Source of the DNA: Eledone cirrhosa
Lineage: Eukaryota
Assembly (NCBI GenBank): GCA_964016885.1
Contig: OZ024745.1
Span: forward strand, 69,440,001 to 69,504,000
Direction: 5' to 3'
DNA length: 64,000 nucleotides
Each line of letters begins with the position of its first letter. Positions within the stretch are counted from its first letter, which is position 1. The notes under the pieces are model-generated. The model searched no databases, was not told the DNA's origin, and saw nothing but the letters and a program-made list of their open reading frames with translations. Made by a program: the position numbers and the translations under genes. Positions 28,345-42,652 of the stretch are shown one piece after another.

Positions 28345-30230
28345 TCAATCCTGGTAGTATTTATAATATGAAAATGTAGATTTTAAGCGATGGTTACAGT
28401 ATAACGATCGCTCTATTCTGTTATTTAATAAAATGTTTTTGGATTTCATAATACAAAATAATTCTACATTACATAATTTACGAAATTCCTGTCCATGGGA
28501 TATGGAGGGGGGGGGGGGGGGGGGGGGGGGGCAGCCGCTATTATATCCCATTTTAGGTGAAATTGTTGGTTATTTTCACGCAGCTGCCAAGCCTTGTCTG
28601 CGAGTGTTGTTACATAACGCTGGTTTTCATGTTTTATCGAGTAACGATGTCTATAAAGGCGTGATTTGAAGGAGGTGGCTGTAGATCCCACATAGTACCA
28701 CTTCTGTCTATCCGATTCGATAGTACATTTGTATACGATGTTGCGTTCAAGACACTGATTGTTCAACGGACACATTCCTGGTTGGACACAGTTGCAATTA
28801 TAATTTTGCGTTGTTGTATTGCCATGGATGGGTTGATGAGGTTGCTTAGGTAGGACAGGATGTTGTTTGTTGTTTTGTGATGTTATAGCTAATGTTTTAC
28901 ATGTATTGTTATGTGTTGGAAGGCGTTTATACAACCGTTTTGCGTTAAGCTTTTTTATATGTTGTTCAATATTAGGGGCGGTTGAATATGAAAGTCGAAT
29001 AGTGTTAGGGTTTAAGATTTTATTATATTTATGTGATGTTGGAAAGTGTTTTTTAACTAATCGAAAGAATTTTGAGGGTAGATTGGTTTTAATAGAGTTG
29101 TTATAGACCGGGTTGTACCAGATATACTCCTTACATCGCCTTCTGTTTGGTGGTGTGCGACTATTATTGTGTCTATTGCGGTAGTGTATGTATGGTGGTG
29201 ATTCTGTGCTATTTCTACTCCTATGTGATTTATTTTGGGTGTTTTGGTGATCTTTGACTATATACTCTATATTATCTAGGTGACCGGCTTTCCTAAGTGC
29301 ATCATCATAATACTCGGCATGTTCTTTGAAGGTTTGTTGGTTGGACGACAGGCGGGAGATCCTAAGAGAAACATTTCTAGGGATGGATTTAATTATAGAG
29401 AGTGGATGGTTAGAACTCGTATTTACATATTTAAGGTTCTCATTTAGTTTATGGAACGGTTTAATCGTATCTGTATTGAGATTGAAAGTAACATCAAGGA
29501 AATTGACCTCTTTGAGGTTATATTCAAATGTAATATTTAATCCTAGTTCCTTAAAAAGCTTTCTGATATTTTTACGCATCCGTTCTAAATTCTGGTTATT
29601 CATATGCTTAACTAATAGGAGCGCATCATCACGGTAGATTCCACCGTGGAGATCCTTGAATTTTCCTTGTAATCTGTGGGTGATATAAATTCCCACAAGA
29701 TCTGTTACTTCCGCCGAATCATTAGAACCCATAGTGATATCAAAATTAGAAGGTCTATCTTTGCGAACCCAGTAGCTATCATCGAATTTAACTATAGTTT
29801 TTCTCGCTTCCATAATAATTTTAATTTCAGCATCCGTAAGGTCGGAATTATCCTTAGCGAACGAAAGAGCTTCATGTAGAGTATCAGGTGAAATTGAGGA
29901 ATAATATTCATCAATATCAAACTGAATAAATTTTGATTTTTTTCTTATCAGTAATGTTATTAAACCATCTTATTGCTTCATGAGTGTTACCCCATAGTTT
30001 AATCTCTACTTTAACCTTAACTTGGAGGATAATTCTGTCTAGTATATATTTGCTAATTTTGCCTATATCAGATTTAGAGGGGCATATAAGTCTAATATTA
30101 GGGTTGGTATCGAAGTTTACCTTGTGGTCCTTCAGGTTGAAGGATGGTATAGCTGGTGTTAAGGGTTGCGTTCTATCGTCAATACAAAGTTTTTTAACAA
30201 TATCACATGCCGAGTTGTTCATGTATATAT
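28345..30230 (-). mobile_element. Penelope-like element (Naiad-type) RT + GIY-YIG ORF, 5'-truncated, with two frameshifts
   Basis: LKDHK..NPNIRLICPSKSDIGKISK, FIQFDI.EYYSSI, FDITMGSNDSAEV, YRDD, VNFLDVTFNL, SSNHP, CNC....CPLNNQC, NIVY...YYVGSTATSFKSRLYRH. Frameshifts near 29940 (A run) and 28505-28531 (C/G run). Confidence 0.92.
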
Positions 30231-30285
30231 ATTTGACAAGTAAGTATATTTTGAAATACAGTGTGTGTCTCTGATCAAATCATCG

Positions 30286-30337
<52 letters not shown>

Positions 30338-30688
30338 TATATGTATATATATAAGGGGGAAAGCTGGAATTCTTTGCTTAAACTTTAATCTGTTATTTTG
30401 ATAAATATTTGCTCTAGTGTTCTTATATATTTGATATATATTTATCCTTATCGAGCCCTCTTTGGACGTCAGTCATCACATTTATTATTTTGACTATATA
30501 TATATATATACAGGGAGAGAGAGCGAGAGTTAAAATCAGGCGTCGTGATTGGGTTTTTACTTATCACTATACCCACCTGCATCCCCCATGCATCTCCCAT
30601 ATTTTGTGGTCTCCTCAATCTTATATATATATATATACAAATATATATATATATATATTTAATATATATATATATATATATATTTGTA

Positions 30689-30727
<39 letters not shown>

Positions 30728-33700
30728 AAATGACAGGATTTAGTGTACTGTGTGAGCTATGAGTTTGATGGGGATTAGCGGATTGCGTTTCCGTATGATG
30801 AAATATCCGCGAAACATATAACTGGAATCCCAGCTGTCTGAAGCCATTGTATATTTAGTCATTTATGCTTTTGTTAACAGTTCCTCAAATATAGACCGTC
30901 GAAAGATGGACACAGAACACAAACCAACTGATGTTTTTGATTGTTTATACCTTGATGATTTTTCATAGTAATTATATATATGAGAATCGACCTTACAACT
31001 GAACTTGTTGGATGTTATTAGGTTAATCTCCTTTAAATGACTGGTTCTTAAAATAATTACTTCGCTCCAATTCACTAGCTTGAAAAAAATGCATAACCTC
31101 AGCAGGTGGTAGTTAATTTTCCGATAAACTCACGTCCCATCATGGAGAGCGCCTTTTAATCTACGTTAATTAATGTCACATGAAATTAGGATAAGCTCCT
31201 GTCTTTTGAGCCTGTGAGACTGGAATAGGCGAATTGGCAACAGTTTTAGAATTTCTGATTAAACAATTTTGTGGTGTATATTTGGTCGCTCTGCGTTTTG
31301 AGTTGAAATCCCAGGTCGATAAATTGGCTACATTTCCATCCTGGTCGATTGCTGAAATTGTGTTGTGGTATCTTATTCGGCCCGTGCATTCCGTGTAATA
31401 CTGCGTTGTTGCTTGCACCAACCTGTTTAGGCTCTACCTCTCACTTGTTGGCGTTTAGAAGAGAGTCTCCCATAAATAGACAACTTTCCAGGTGCAACCC
31501 CTTGTCAACCATGAGAAATGTGGTCTTAATGTAACTCTCTGCTACTTACAATATCCTCTAAACAATATTAAAGTGTAAAGTAGATCAGGATTTGATCACA
31601 TAAGTGAGGGTAGGTAGAAGTATACAATTGAATACTGCAATGATTTTTAATCGGCTTTTTAAGTGATTCTGCGGTGTCATATTTTGCATATTTAAGGAAT
31701 GTGTATAAGATAATGTAATATCCATTATCCTCGTGACCTTTTCTGTTTCGGTATTTTGTATTATCTGACTATGTTCTGGTTAGCTTTATGATGTTATTCA
31801 CATTATAACCTGGAATAACTTCACAATCTTCGGTACGAGAAATACCAATGAAACGTAGAGGAGATATTTCTGTTGGCTTTCAATCTGCACATGTGCTTAT
31901 CTGGTAACATTTTCTGGAAGTTGAGAACAATAGAAATGTATATCCAGCGAGAAGAGGAACTGACTTTGAAAATAAGTTTTTTTTTTCTTCATTTGGATAC
32001 TAACGAAACGCTCTGAAGAAATTTGCAACAATTTCATTTGAAAGTAATATCAGACCCTGCACCTCCCCCCAAAAATGTAGCCAGTTTGTACAAATCCAAC
32101 CACAAGCGACTTACTTATGCTTCAGAGGTTGACTTCCCATTCGACATAATAATCAGATGCTGATAAAAGGCCAAATTTTTTAGTTATTGTAATCAAGCAC
32201 CTGTAACTCATAAAAGATAAGCTTTCCTTCATCTAATTTTATGTTATTGATAACATCGGAGTAAAAATAAACAAACAAACAAAACAAAACAAAAAGAATC
32301 ACCATTAGGATACGCCTTTCAACATTCTATTTTTACGAAGATAAGATTATAAAATGACTAGACTTGGAAGTATCTCATCCACTCTATTTAGGAGATCTTA
32401 TATCATTACTGTTTTCCTCTTAATTCTATTTTCTGTTGGTTTTATTGCTGTTAAATAGCGGTGTAAATCTGATTCACCTCATATATACCAGCTATTTGTT
32501 TGAGTTGGTTTAAAATTGCTATTTTGCTATTTGAATTTGTCATTTTCTTTAAACTATAGAATTAATTTGAAGTCCAACTAATAAATTATAGTCTTTGGAA
32601 ATATATTGATGTTTACTTTAAATGCATCGCTTTAATCCCTCTCTAAATATCGAAGGCAAACTATATAATTTCAGTTTTTTCTTTGATTCATGAATAATGC
32701 CGTATAAAGTTTTTCAGTTGCTTTATTCTGATGTGAAATACAAACTAAAAGTCGAAAATCCCAGCGGCTACAAAAAAACAACAAAAAAAAATCAACAGTG
32801 GGGCTGCGTCAGTCTCGGTCTAGAATAATATATGTTTCTCTAACGATATATGACCATATGCATACATTTAAAAAAATTGGAATTATGTATATAAATTTAA
32901 GTATATGTATATGTGTATGATTACTATATATAAATATATTCAGTAAACTACTTGTTGAACACAGACAGATTTATGAAATAAGTGCCAGACGTGTAAAGCA
33001 CGTAATAGGGTCGATATGAACAACACAATACTTCACAGGTACAGCCTTTTATCAAAGTAGAATATATAGAAAGTTTAATCTACTTTCTGAATTATAGAAC
33101 ATAGTTGGAGAAGATGCATGCCTTGATTGCACTCGTCACTTTCATACTTTTTTTTTATCGAATTCATTTCGGAAGTGATATTCTCACTCCAGCTTCCTTA
33201 TGTTGCTGCTAGTCTTCTGTAATATCCGGCTGATGTCACCGTTGTCTTTTTATCCCTCGATAGGTCGATAAAATGAAATACCAGCAAACAGTTGAAATGA
33301 ATTTAATCGACTATCCTCTCTCCCAGAGTTATCATTATTGCATGGTTTTCACTGCATAACTGAGTGCAGCCCACTGCATTTCAACTTCATAGGATGATAA
33401 AAAAAATGTCTGTTTTGTCATCTATTGTCAGGAGAGTACTACATATAATGTACCCATTGTTGTTTTGTGTTGTTTTATTGTATAGTGAAGGAAGGATAGA
33501 CACTGCACATGACTCCTATCGTTGCTTCCAATACTATTGAGGGGAAGGTATAATAAAATCTGAAACCTATCCCCAATGTTTGCAACTAAGTGGGCACCAT
33601 TAAAACACTATAGATGCAAATGGTGGTGTTAAACTAAATTACGTTTATATTGTGTATGTGTACAATCTAACAATTTGCGTATATATTCCTGTCTATCTCT

Positions 33701-34385
33701 ATTATTCTTAAGGAGGATGTTGTAATTCGCAACATGATAGAATCTTTTGCTTGAAAATGTTGATATATATTCCGTAATCCCTTAATTTCTTTCACGATAG
33801 AATTTGGAATTGTTTATTTACAGTCGACTTCTGCATATATTTTGTGTTCTACTTTTGTATAGTTTCTGAATGGGTGACTTTAGAATTTTGCTGCAAATAA
33901 AAACTGTTCAAGTCGATCTTTGAATCAGCTTTGATTCTCAAAGTTAACTTTCGAATCATAAGATCATAAGTCCTATTCCTATATAAGTAAATATTCCAAT
34001 CACAAAATCTTGGGTCCTAATCATATAGTTGTTCCTGTAAATAGTTATGTTTCCAAATTGGCTCGTACAATTAAACATGTATATACTGGGTACATATATG
34101 CTGAACTCTTATGTAATTATATCCTAGAAATAAATGAATAACACCATTTTAATCATTAAGCAGTTTTACATGCTAATAATCAACATACACTATACATTTT
34201 AAAATAAACGCTTCACATATAAATACTCAAATAAATATAGTTTGTAACGTTGTAAAATAAAAATTAAAATATTGAAAGAAAGGACGATATGCGTATATAT
34301 TTATACATGTGGGTGATGTCTCAGTTAAACATATTTTTATTTAACCAGATATTGCTTTATCATACTTACATACATCTGTATCTCT

Positions 34386-34464
<79 letters not shown>

Positions 34465-34805
34465 CGACTGTAACCAAACAACTGATAGAAGAAACCTATC
34501 CTGAGATGCAATGCAAATATCTATTTCTTATTTAATGTAGGTAGAGTGACCACAGTGATGCTTCCCTCGATAATATGCTGCAGTTCCCATGATTGTCTTA
34601 TTCATCACTTCTTTCCGAAGGATGTAGATACACTACTTCTCTGAACATGTATACTGCAGCACCAGGGAAATGCCATGTCAGTATTTTTCTATCAGCAATA
34701 AAGATCTGCTGGCGTGTAGCTTCTCACTTCACACTTTCTTATCTTATCTCTCTATACTAGGGGTGAGGACCTTTTAAACCTGAAGAGTCATTTTCAGCTA
34801 AAGGC

Positions 34806-34860
<55 letters not shown>

Positions 34861-34916
34861 CAAACAGACACACGCATATTTGTATATATATATATACAAA
34901 CAGACACACGCATATT

Positions 34917-34972
<56 letters not shown>

Positions 34973-36039
34973 TACCATATGGTTTATTATAATAAGTTAT
35001 CAACAAAACCACATTCAAGCAAGTACGCACTTGGCTACTTAATTTCTTACTCAAAGCGACCTAAACTTATCTGAAATTGCATATAAATCTATCATAATTG
35101 TCGCTTTCGTTTCAACAAGCACACTCTCGCACACACACATATACATGCATATACCCACAAACCAATCCAAAGTGCCTCGAATACTTTTATTATCTAACTG
35201 TGGACTCTTTTATATATATTTGCATTGATGCCTTTTCTGTAAAGTATTGCTAAAAGATAACTTTTCATCTGAAAGGTAGAATGACAGCTTTTAATGACAG
35301 ACTATTTTTATATCTTTAGAAGCAAGCATAACATTTAATATTACCGTACATTTGAGAGTGATGAGAGGGACGGAGTAACCTAACATGTAGTTCTGGCCCA
35401 ATAGGCTGCATGATAGTAGAGATCATAAAGACACTTACGTTCCTGAGGTGATGTAATTTAGGTAAGGATAACAAATGTTCGCACAGGTGAGGCACGACAG
35501 GAATTAAACTCAAAGTCGACAGAAATGCAGCAAATTACTCTCTATACCCTTCACTTCACCGTGTTAGATTGGTACGTCCTCTATCGACTCAGGTATAAGA
35601 AAATGCAATGTTGATCTTGGCCAGATTTAAGCTATTTCCGAAAATTTGGGTGGTTTTCACCAAACAAATTTAATCTAGAAATCATTTTTTGTTCAACCTC
35701 GAAGCTAAAGAAGAAAGCTTTTTCGGAAATGTACCCCCGTAATGGAAATGAAACTTGACACCTGGTATAGCTTGGGCCCATACGTATATATCTATTTGAA
35801 ACTAGTATATTACTGAAGGACTCCAAAGGGTATTCCTGGTAATTTGGCATTTGCCTTTTTGCGGAACATATGCTGAAAATAGAAATAAAACTTCTCATTA
35901 AGACTTATACTCTGACTCTGCTATTTTCCCTACTACTGGAACTGATTTTCCAACTATTAAAACGTTATTCTAAAATATATTATATGAGTGAGAACTTAAA
36001 ATTGCGGGCATGACTTCAGAATGTTCCCATCTCAATAAT

Positions 36040-36227
36040 TGTTTCTACTTTTTGGCACAAGGCCAGCAATTATCCCAGTACATTACTGGTACTTTATTTT
36101 ATCGACCCCGTAAGGATGAAAGGCAAAGTTAACCTCGGCAGGAATTGAACTCAGATCGTAAAGGGACGTAACTATGCTGGAAAGCATAATCCAACCCTCT
36201 ACCGATACTGCCAATTCACCGCCCTTA
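36040..36227 (-). mobile_element. Full-length SINE with 16-bp TSD
   Basis: Family sequence in reverse. TSD ttcccatctcaataat at 36024-36039 and 36228-36243. Confidence 0.9.
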
Positions 36228-36658
36228 TTCCCATCTCAATAATATTGTCAGATCATATATATAGATAATGAATTCATTTCAAAAGGATTCAGAGAAATGA
36301 TTAACTAGCGGCATCTGGCATCTGGTAGTAGATTCTAAAGAATTTTTTACATATGTTTATTTATTCTTTAAAATTTGACTTATTTTTTAATGCATTTCTT
36401 ATTCTCTTGCGTTTTGCTATTAGTACTTTAATCATTTACTCTGTTGGGAAATAATAAAAAATCCTAATTTCAGTTGAATGAATATTGCACGAGAGATTCT
36501 CTTAAGAAACGTTATCAATGACTAGAATATATATATGTATATATATATATATATATATACATAAACTCATACACACACACACACACATACTACATATATA
36601 CATACATATTCATATATGTTTATATATATATAAGAGAATATAAATGTTTCTTTATATA

Positions 36659-36734
<76 letters not shown>

Positions 36735-37884
36735 TATATAATATATATATATATAAAAAAACATTTATATTCTCTTTATATATTTGAAATATAAGTCTTC
36801 CTAGTGCGAACTATACGAAATAACTTTGATTAATTAAGTTCACCTGAAGCAGACTGCTTTGTTTTGTTTTTAAAGACTGTTTATTTATGTTAATCACATT
36901 TTTCGCCGAAACTATTTATAAAGCAAACATATTTACTATGTAGATTAACTAGTAATTCTAAGGATGAAACATAACGTTTTATCTGGGCTTTACTTATCAT
37001 TGATATTCTGAGGTTACAATATATAACAGTATCATATGGCGTGTATGTTACCATATAAGCTGTGCATGTTAATACATATTTGCGACCATGTATATTTTCG
37101 TATATCTGCCTATCTAAATTTCTATCTGTCTATCTGCCTCGCTATTGTCCTCTTTTTGTCTATCCGTCTGCATTTGTATCTAATTTTGTCTACACATGTC
37201 TGTCTACATATCTGCTAGTATATATATGCCTGTCTGTTTGCTTGTCTGTCTATCAATATGCCTGTTTGTCCACAGACAAACAACGACACAAATACTTCTA
37301 TTGACCATTAAGCTTCAACTATGACCTTTAGAAAATATGAGCAAAACGTATTTACGTTCTTAATTTACCAAAGATATGTGCTACTATTTATAGAATCTTT
37401 TTCAAGTCCACGTAATATTTAATTTATTTTCATTAACTGGCACTGAACCAAATGTATTAACCTCTACACCATGAGAAAATATTCCGCCCACATCAATATA
37501 CTTTATTACTGGTTTTATGTATAAATAGCACTGTCTTCAATAAGCTTTGAGAGGCAAAATCTGCAGACACAGTCAACCCGTACACTCATAATTAGAATAG
37601 ATTTATTGCTACCATCTTTTTTAAAGAATTTCCTCTGTATATGTTTATTATTTATCACTTAATAAACCTAACGTTAATAAATAAACCTAACGCCCACGCT
37701 CACTCACCCAGAGATATATCTCATACATGAAATACACTGGAAAAATATTTTCCCCATAATCATAAATACCAGAAATATATGAATATGAATACTTTAAAAT
37801 ATTCATTTTCAACCACACAAAATTTGGCTGTTTACCTAGCCTTAATAACATTAAGAAACATGCACGTAAACCCGACCGTCATGG

Positions 37885-38320
37885 TAACGTTTTTTGTTCC
37901 CCTTTTCCCTATTATTCGTGAGAGGGTTGTGAGGGCAGAGTCCTCAAGTCCGCCTTCTAACGGGTCCTGTCAGAAGCATCTCTGTACTATTTATCCGACT
38001 GGATCCTCAAGCGATACCAGCCCAGCATATGAATGATATCCAATATATTTGTGCGGTATCTCCTGGCGGCTGGTTTTACCCGTAAGATTTGTCCAACGAT
38101 TCTTTCCTGACTCTTCCTGACCAGAAGTTTCTAGTATCAGATCTGTGATCACATATTTCGGAGAAGTGGTGACTACCTGGAATGATTCTCTGATATCCGA
38201 ACTATGCCCTCTTTTGAGTAACGTTACTCCAAAGACCCTTCGAAGGAACAACATTTCGGCTGCTTGTATTCGCAATTGTATTCTTTCGGTCATTACCTAA
38301 TATTCATAAACATTCATAAC
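37885..38320 (-). mobile_element. RTE-clade LINE 3' fragment
   Basis: MTERIQLRIQAAEMLFLRRVFGVTLLKRGHSSDIRESFQV, same family as 11156-11564. Confidence 0.8.
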
Positions 38321-39621
38321 CATAGGTCTTCTTAATTTTCTTATGTCATTATATTTGAATTATAATTTTATAAGAACAATTAGGTACTCTCCGTTATTTC
38401 TGTACATTGTACATAAATATGAATATATATCTCAACAGTGTTTTCGACGCTGTCTCAGAAAGTAAGTAGGATTTTCACGGAATGTTTTTTTTTTCAGAAA
38501 TATAAACTAAAGTACTTTGCTGAATAGCTTACCTATCAGAATATGGTTGAATGGTCAAGGAGAAAACGTTTAAATGATTAGGCTCCGGCACCAATCCCAC
38601 TGTATGGCAACTTGGGTAAATATCATTTACCATAGACTTGTAATTTAAATTATAATCTCGAAAACTGTGTAAACTTTGTAGACGTGCAATATTGAGTCTC
38701 ACTACGAATTACATTCAGAGTACCCATGTCTGTGGAATCATTTGCCATTGACATGTTAATGTATCGAACAGGAAATTCCATTGGCGGAAAAGTAAAACAG
38801 TCATCGGTGAAGCCGATGCAAGTCAATTCCATGAACTATTCCGCAGTCTGTTAGCCATATACTGTGGCATGTATAATTTAGACTATTATAGAGACCCACT
38901 TACCTCAAGAATGTTAGCTACACCATGAGATCCAAATTAGCACTTAACGGTACAGCAATAATAATTACATGGCGAACAATTGAACATCAAAGCTCCGAGA
39001 AAGGATTTACATTTTTAAAAATATTTTTAGAGTTTGACTCTTTCCAAGCTTTCTGACTTTGTCAAAGATGAAACATTAAAGCGTTTGTGTAGAGATGTTT
39101 ACACGACACACTTCACTTCACTTAAAATGTTTAAGTTATTTCCTGTGAACCACGGGAAATTTTGTTGTTTAAATACAGTAAACGAAAATGAGTTAGCATT
39201 CGAGTTCAAAGACATAAATTCTTTATTGTTCTCCTTTGAAGATTATTCCAGATATAATTCATGCGTCATTGGCTTAGAGATGTAGCATTAACACAGGATA
39301 TAATTCATTCTGTCATTAGCCATCAGTATACGTCGAAATGAAAACAATAGGAACGCTTAAGATATTCATAATTAGAAAACATTTGTTTGTTATATCTTTA
39401 TTCGTTCTCTTGGTCTCAATGAAATGTGGCCATGCTGATATACCGATTTCAAGGCAACTCATCAGTTTTATTGACCCCTGCACTTACTTTTCATTTCTGG
39501 TACATATTAAAGAGTAAATTTCTAAACACGTATATTCATAGACACACTTCATCGACCACTTCTTTTGTTTTTGTAATCGGTACTTTATCAGACATATACA
39601 GAAACGTAAATTGAACGTAAA

Positions 39622-39622
<1 letters not shown>

Positions 39623-39705
<83 letters not shown>

Positions 39706-39802
39706 ATACATATGTATATGTATGTATGTATATACATATGTATATGTATGTATGTATATACATATGTATATGTATGTATGTATATACATATGTATATGTA
39801 TG

Positions 39803-39853
<51 letters not shown>

Positions 39854-39898
39854 ATGTATATATACATGTATGTATGTATATACATATGTATATATATG

Positions 39899-39946
<48 letters not shown>

Positions 39947-40492
39947 AATGTATATATACATGTATGTATGTACATATATATGTATATATCTATGTATATA
40001 TATGTACGCACATATATATGTATGTATGTATGTACATATATATGTATATATGTATGTACATATATATGTATGTACATCTATATGTATGTATGTATGTACA
40101 TATATATGTATGTACATCTATATGTATGTATGTATGTACATATATATGTATGTACATCTATATGTATGTATGTATGTATGTACATATATATGTATATATG
40201 TATGTACATCTATATGTATGTATGTATGTACATATATATGTATGTATCTATGTACATATATATGTATGTATTTATGTACATATATATGTATGTACATATA
40301 TATGTATGTATGTACATATATATGTATGTATGTATGTACATATATATGTATGTATGTATGTACATATATATGTATGTATGTATGTATGTATATATATATG
40401 TATGTATGTACATATATATGTATGTACATATATATGTATGTGCGTACATATATATATATATATATATATGCATAGGCATATACATATATATA
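39623..40492. repeat. Complex (TA)n/(TATG)n microsatellite
   Basis: Directly visible; source of spurious YI/VC-rich ORFs. Confidence 0.95.
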
Positions 40493-40699
40493 CGTAGCTG
40501 AGTGGTAAGAGAATTGGATTCGCAATTGTGAGGTTGTGAGTTCGATTCCCGGACCGGTTAATGCGTAATGTCCTTGAGCAAGACACTTGATTTCACATTG
40601 CTCTTTCTACCTGGAGTTACAACTGATAGAGGGTATTAGCAATTGGAAAGACCAACGGAAACAGTGTTTCCTCGGTCCGATTTGACGAAAGTTGATCAA

Positions 40700-40700
<1 letters not shown>
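40493..40700 (+). mobile_element. tRNA-derived SINE of a second family (CORE-like body)
   Basis: A-box tagctgagtgg, B-box gttcgattcc, then gtccttgagcaagacactt resembling the CORE domain. Confidence 0.7.
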
Positions 40701-40771
<71 letters not shown>

Positions 40772-40878
40772 ATATATAATGGTATATATATATATATAAT
40801 GTTATATATATATATAATGTTATATATATATATAGTATATTTAATATTATATATATATATTTAATATTATATATATAT

Positions 40879-42032
40879 TGGTTTTTCCACATTATACATA
40901 TTGTTAGCACCCCAAACACTTAAATTGGGTTTATATTTAATTATAACCTAATGTTTGTTGAGTGAGATGGTTACCAGTCAGAGTTTAGCTTTAAACTATC
41001 TCTGTTATTGTATTAAATATTTACTCTTGATTGGCCAGAGGTGTTTATTTCCAGGTACCTTATGAATTTGACTTTCCGTATTTATTACTGTTGTGAAATA
41101 TTGTGGCTTTTTTTGGTTGTAACTTCTCTGTTTTTTAGCCTAAGAAAATATATATATATATATGCCTACGTATATAATTACATACATATATTTATTTATT
41201 TTCTTTTATTAATTGAGTTCTTTACACGAGGAATTAATATTGGTTTTGAAATAACTAATTAACCCGCGTGTGTTTTATATTTTACTCTTAATTCGGCCGG
41301 AGAATTATATTCCCATTTGCCCTTTATAGCATAACTTTCTTCATTTACTGCGGTTATGAGAAGCGGTTCTTATTCGGGTACAACTTCTGATTTAGCCTAA
41401 GAAAATATCTATATGCGTGTGTAATTTATACAAGCATATATTTATTTTTTTATTTTCAATTGAGTTCTTAAACACGTTGGATTGATAATGTTTTCAAAAA
41501 AACTACTTAACCCGCGTGTATATTATTATTTTTTTTTTTCCTCATTTCGTGGATAGTGGGTTGTCTCCCCTTCCCGCTTCGTGTCGCTATGATACTTCCT
41601 CAGCCAAAAACTGCTGGAATTTCAAATGTGGCGGTCATTCGAGGCGAGAGAGAGTAACTTTACGGACACGAGTTTTGACAGCGGTAACAATTTATTTTCT
41701 TATATCAAAGTTTAACGGGCTTCCACTGATGATTTATAAGTGCCCACCTAAATATATTCTTACATGAATATATATTAGGCTTCTACATAAACTGGAAACA
41801 TTCTCCCAACTTGTAGAAAACTTATAATGAAACAATTGTTTGGAAAGAGATATACTTTAACTTTAATTATATCTCATAAAATAATACAACTGGTTTTTCC
41901 ACATTATACATATTGTTAGCCCCCCAAACACTTAAATTGGGTTTATATTTAATTATAACCTAATGTTTGTTGAGTGAGATGGTTACCAGTCAGAGTATAG
42001 CTTTAAACTATCTCTGTTATTGTATTAAATAT
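40879..42032 (+). mobile_element. ORF-less element with 142-bp terminal direct repeats and an internal hammerhead, in (TA)n
   Basis: Direct repeats 40879-41020 and 41891-42032 (2 mismatches); hammerhead at 41721-41845; diverged homolog at 46200-46670 on the opposite strand. Confidence 0.7.
41721..41845 (+). ncRNA. Type I hammerhead with 96-nt branched helix II
   Basis: ttcca CTGATGA tttataagt...acttataat GAAA caattg TT tggaa. Confidence 0.75.
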
Positions 42033-42101
42033 ATATATATATATATATATAGTATATTTAATATTATATATAATATTATATATATATAGTATATTTAATA
42101 T

Positions 42102-42196
<95 letters not shown>

Positions 42197-42225
42197 TATA
42201 TATATATATATAGTATATTTAATAT

Positions 42226-42259
<34 letters not shown>

Positions 42260-42335
42260 ACGAAGGAAATGTGGTAAGGAACCAGGTGGACCATAACGCA
42301 CCAAAGTACTCAATACTTAGGGTAGTAGAGTAGTT

Positions 42336-42385
<50 letters not shown>

Positions 42386-42392
<7 letters not shown>

Positions 42393-42588
42393 TATTTGGC
42401 AATATACCGTATGTTTAAATAAAACATTTAGAAGATCATACGCTATCAGTTTTAAAGTAGTGACTGTGTCACTTACTTCTTTTCGGCGAAAGAATGAAGA
42501 GAAGCTGACAGTCTGTTTTACGCTTGTTGGCGTTCATCAGACCCACGTACACCCCTGATTTCGCCGGTATATTGCCAAAAATACTATA
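42386..42588 (-). mobile_element. ~200-bp element with 24-bp inverted ends and a degenerate hammerhead
   Basis: IRs at 42386-42409 and 42565-42588 (1 mismatch). Minus 42503-42544: CTGATGA acgc-caacaa-gcgt AAAA cagactg TC. Confidence 0.55.
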
Positions 42589-42652
42589 CATACATTCATG
42601 TAAACATTACTATTTCAGAAGACCAATCCTAATATATATATATATATATATA

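Noticed and set aside
24273-28810. Possible selenoprotein-type Naiad (in-frame TGA at conserved Cys)
   Set aside because: The Zn-finger cysteines in both visible ORFs are ordinary Cys codons; no TGA at those positions.
30770-30830. gcggat...atccgc GAAA hammerhead-like hairpin
   Set aside because: No CUGANGA-like core or valid UH site in register.
40493-40560. tRNA gene
   Set aside because: A and B boxes are present but there is no complete cloverleaf, and it continues into a SINE body.
39484-40586. Long ORFs (up to 296 aa), and likewise 47379-48626 (up to 377 aa), 21390-22865 and 52665-53078
   Set aside because: Translations of TA/TG microsatellites (YI/VC/HT repeats); not genes.
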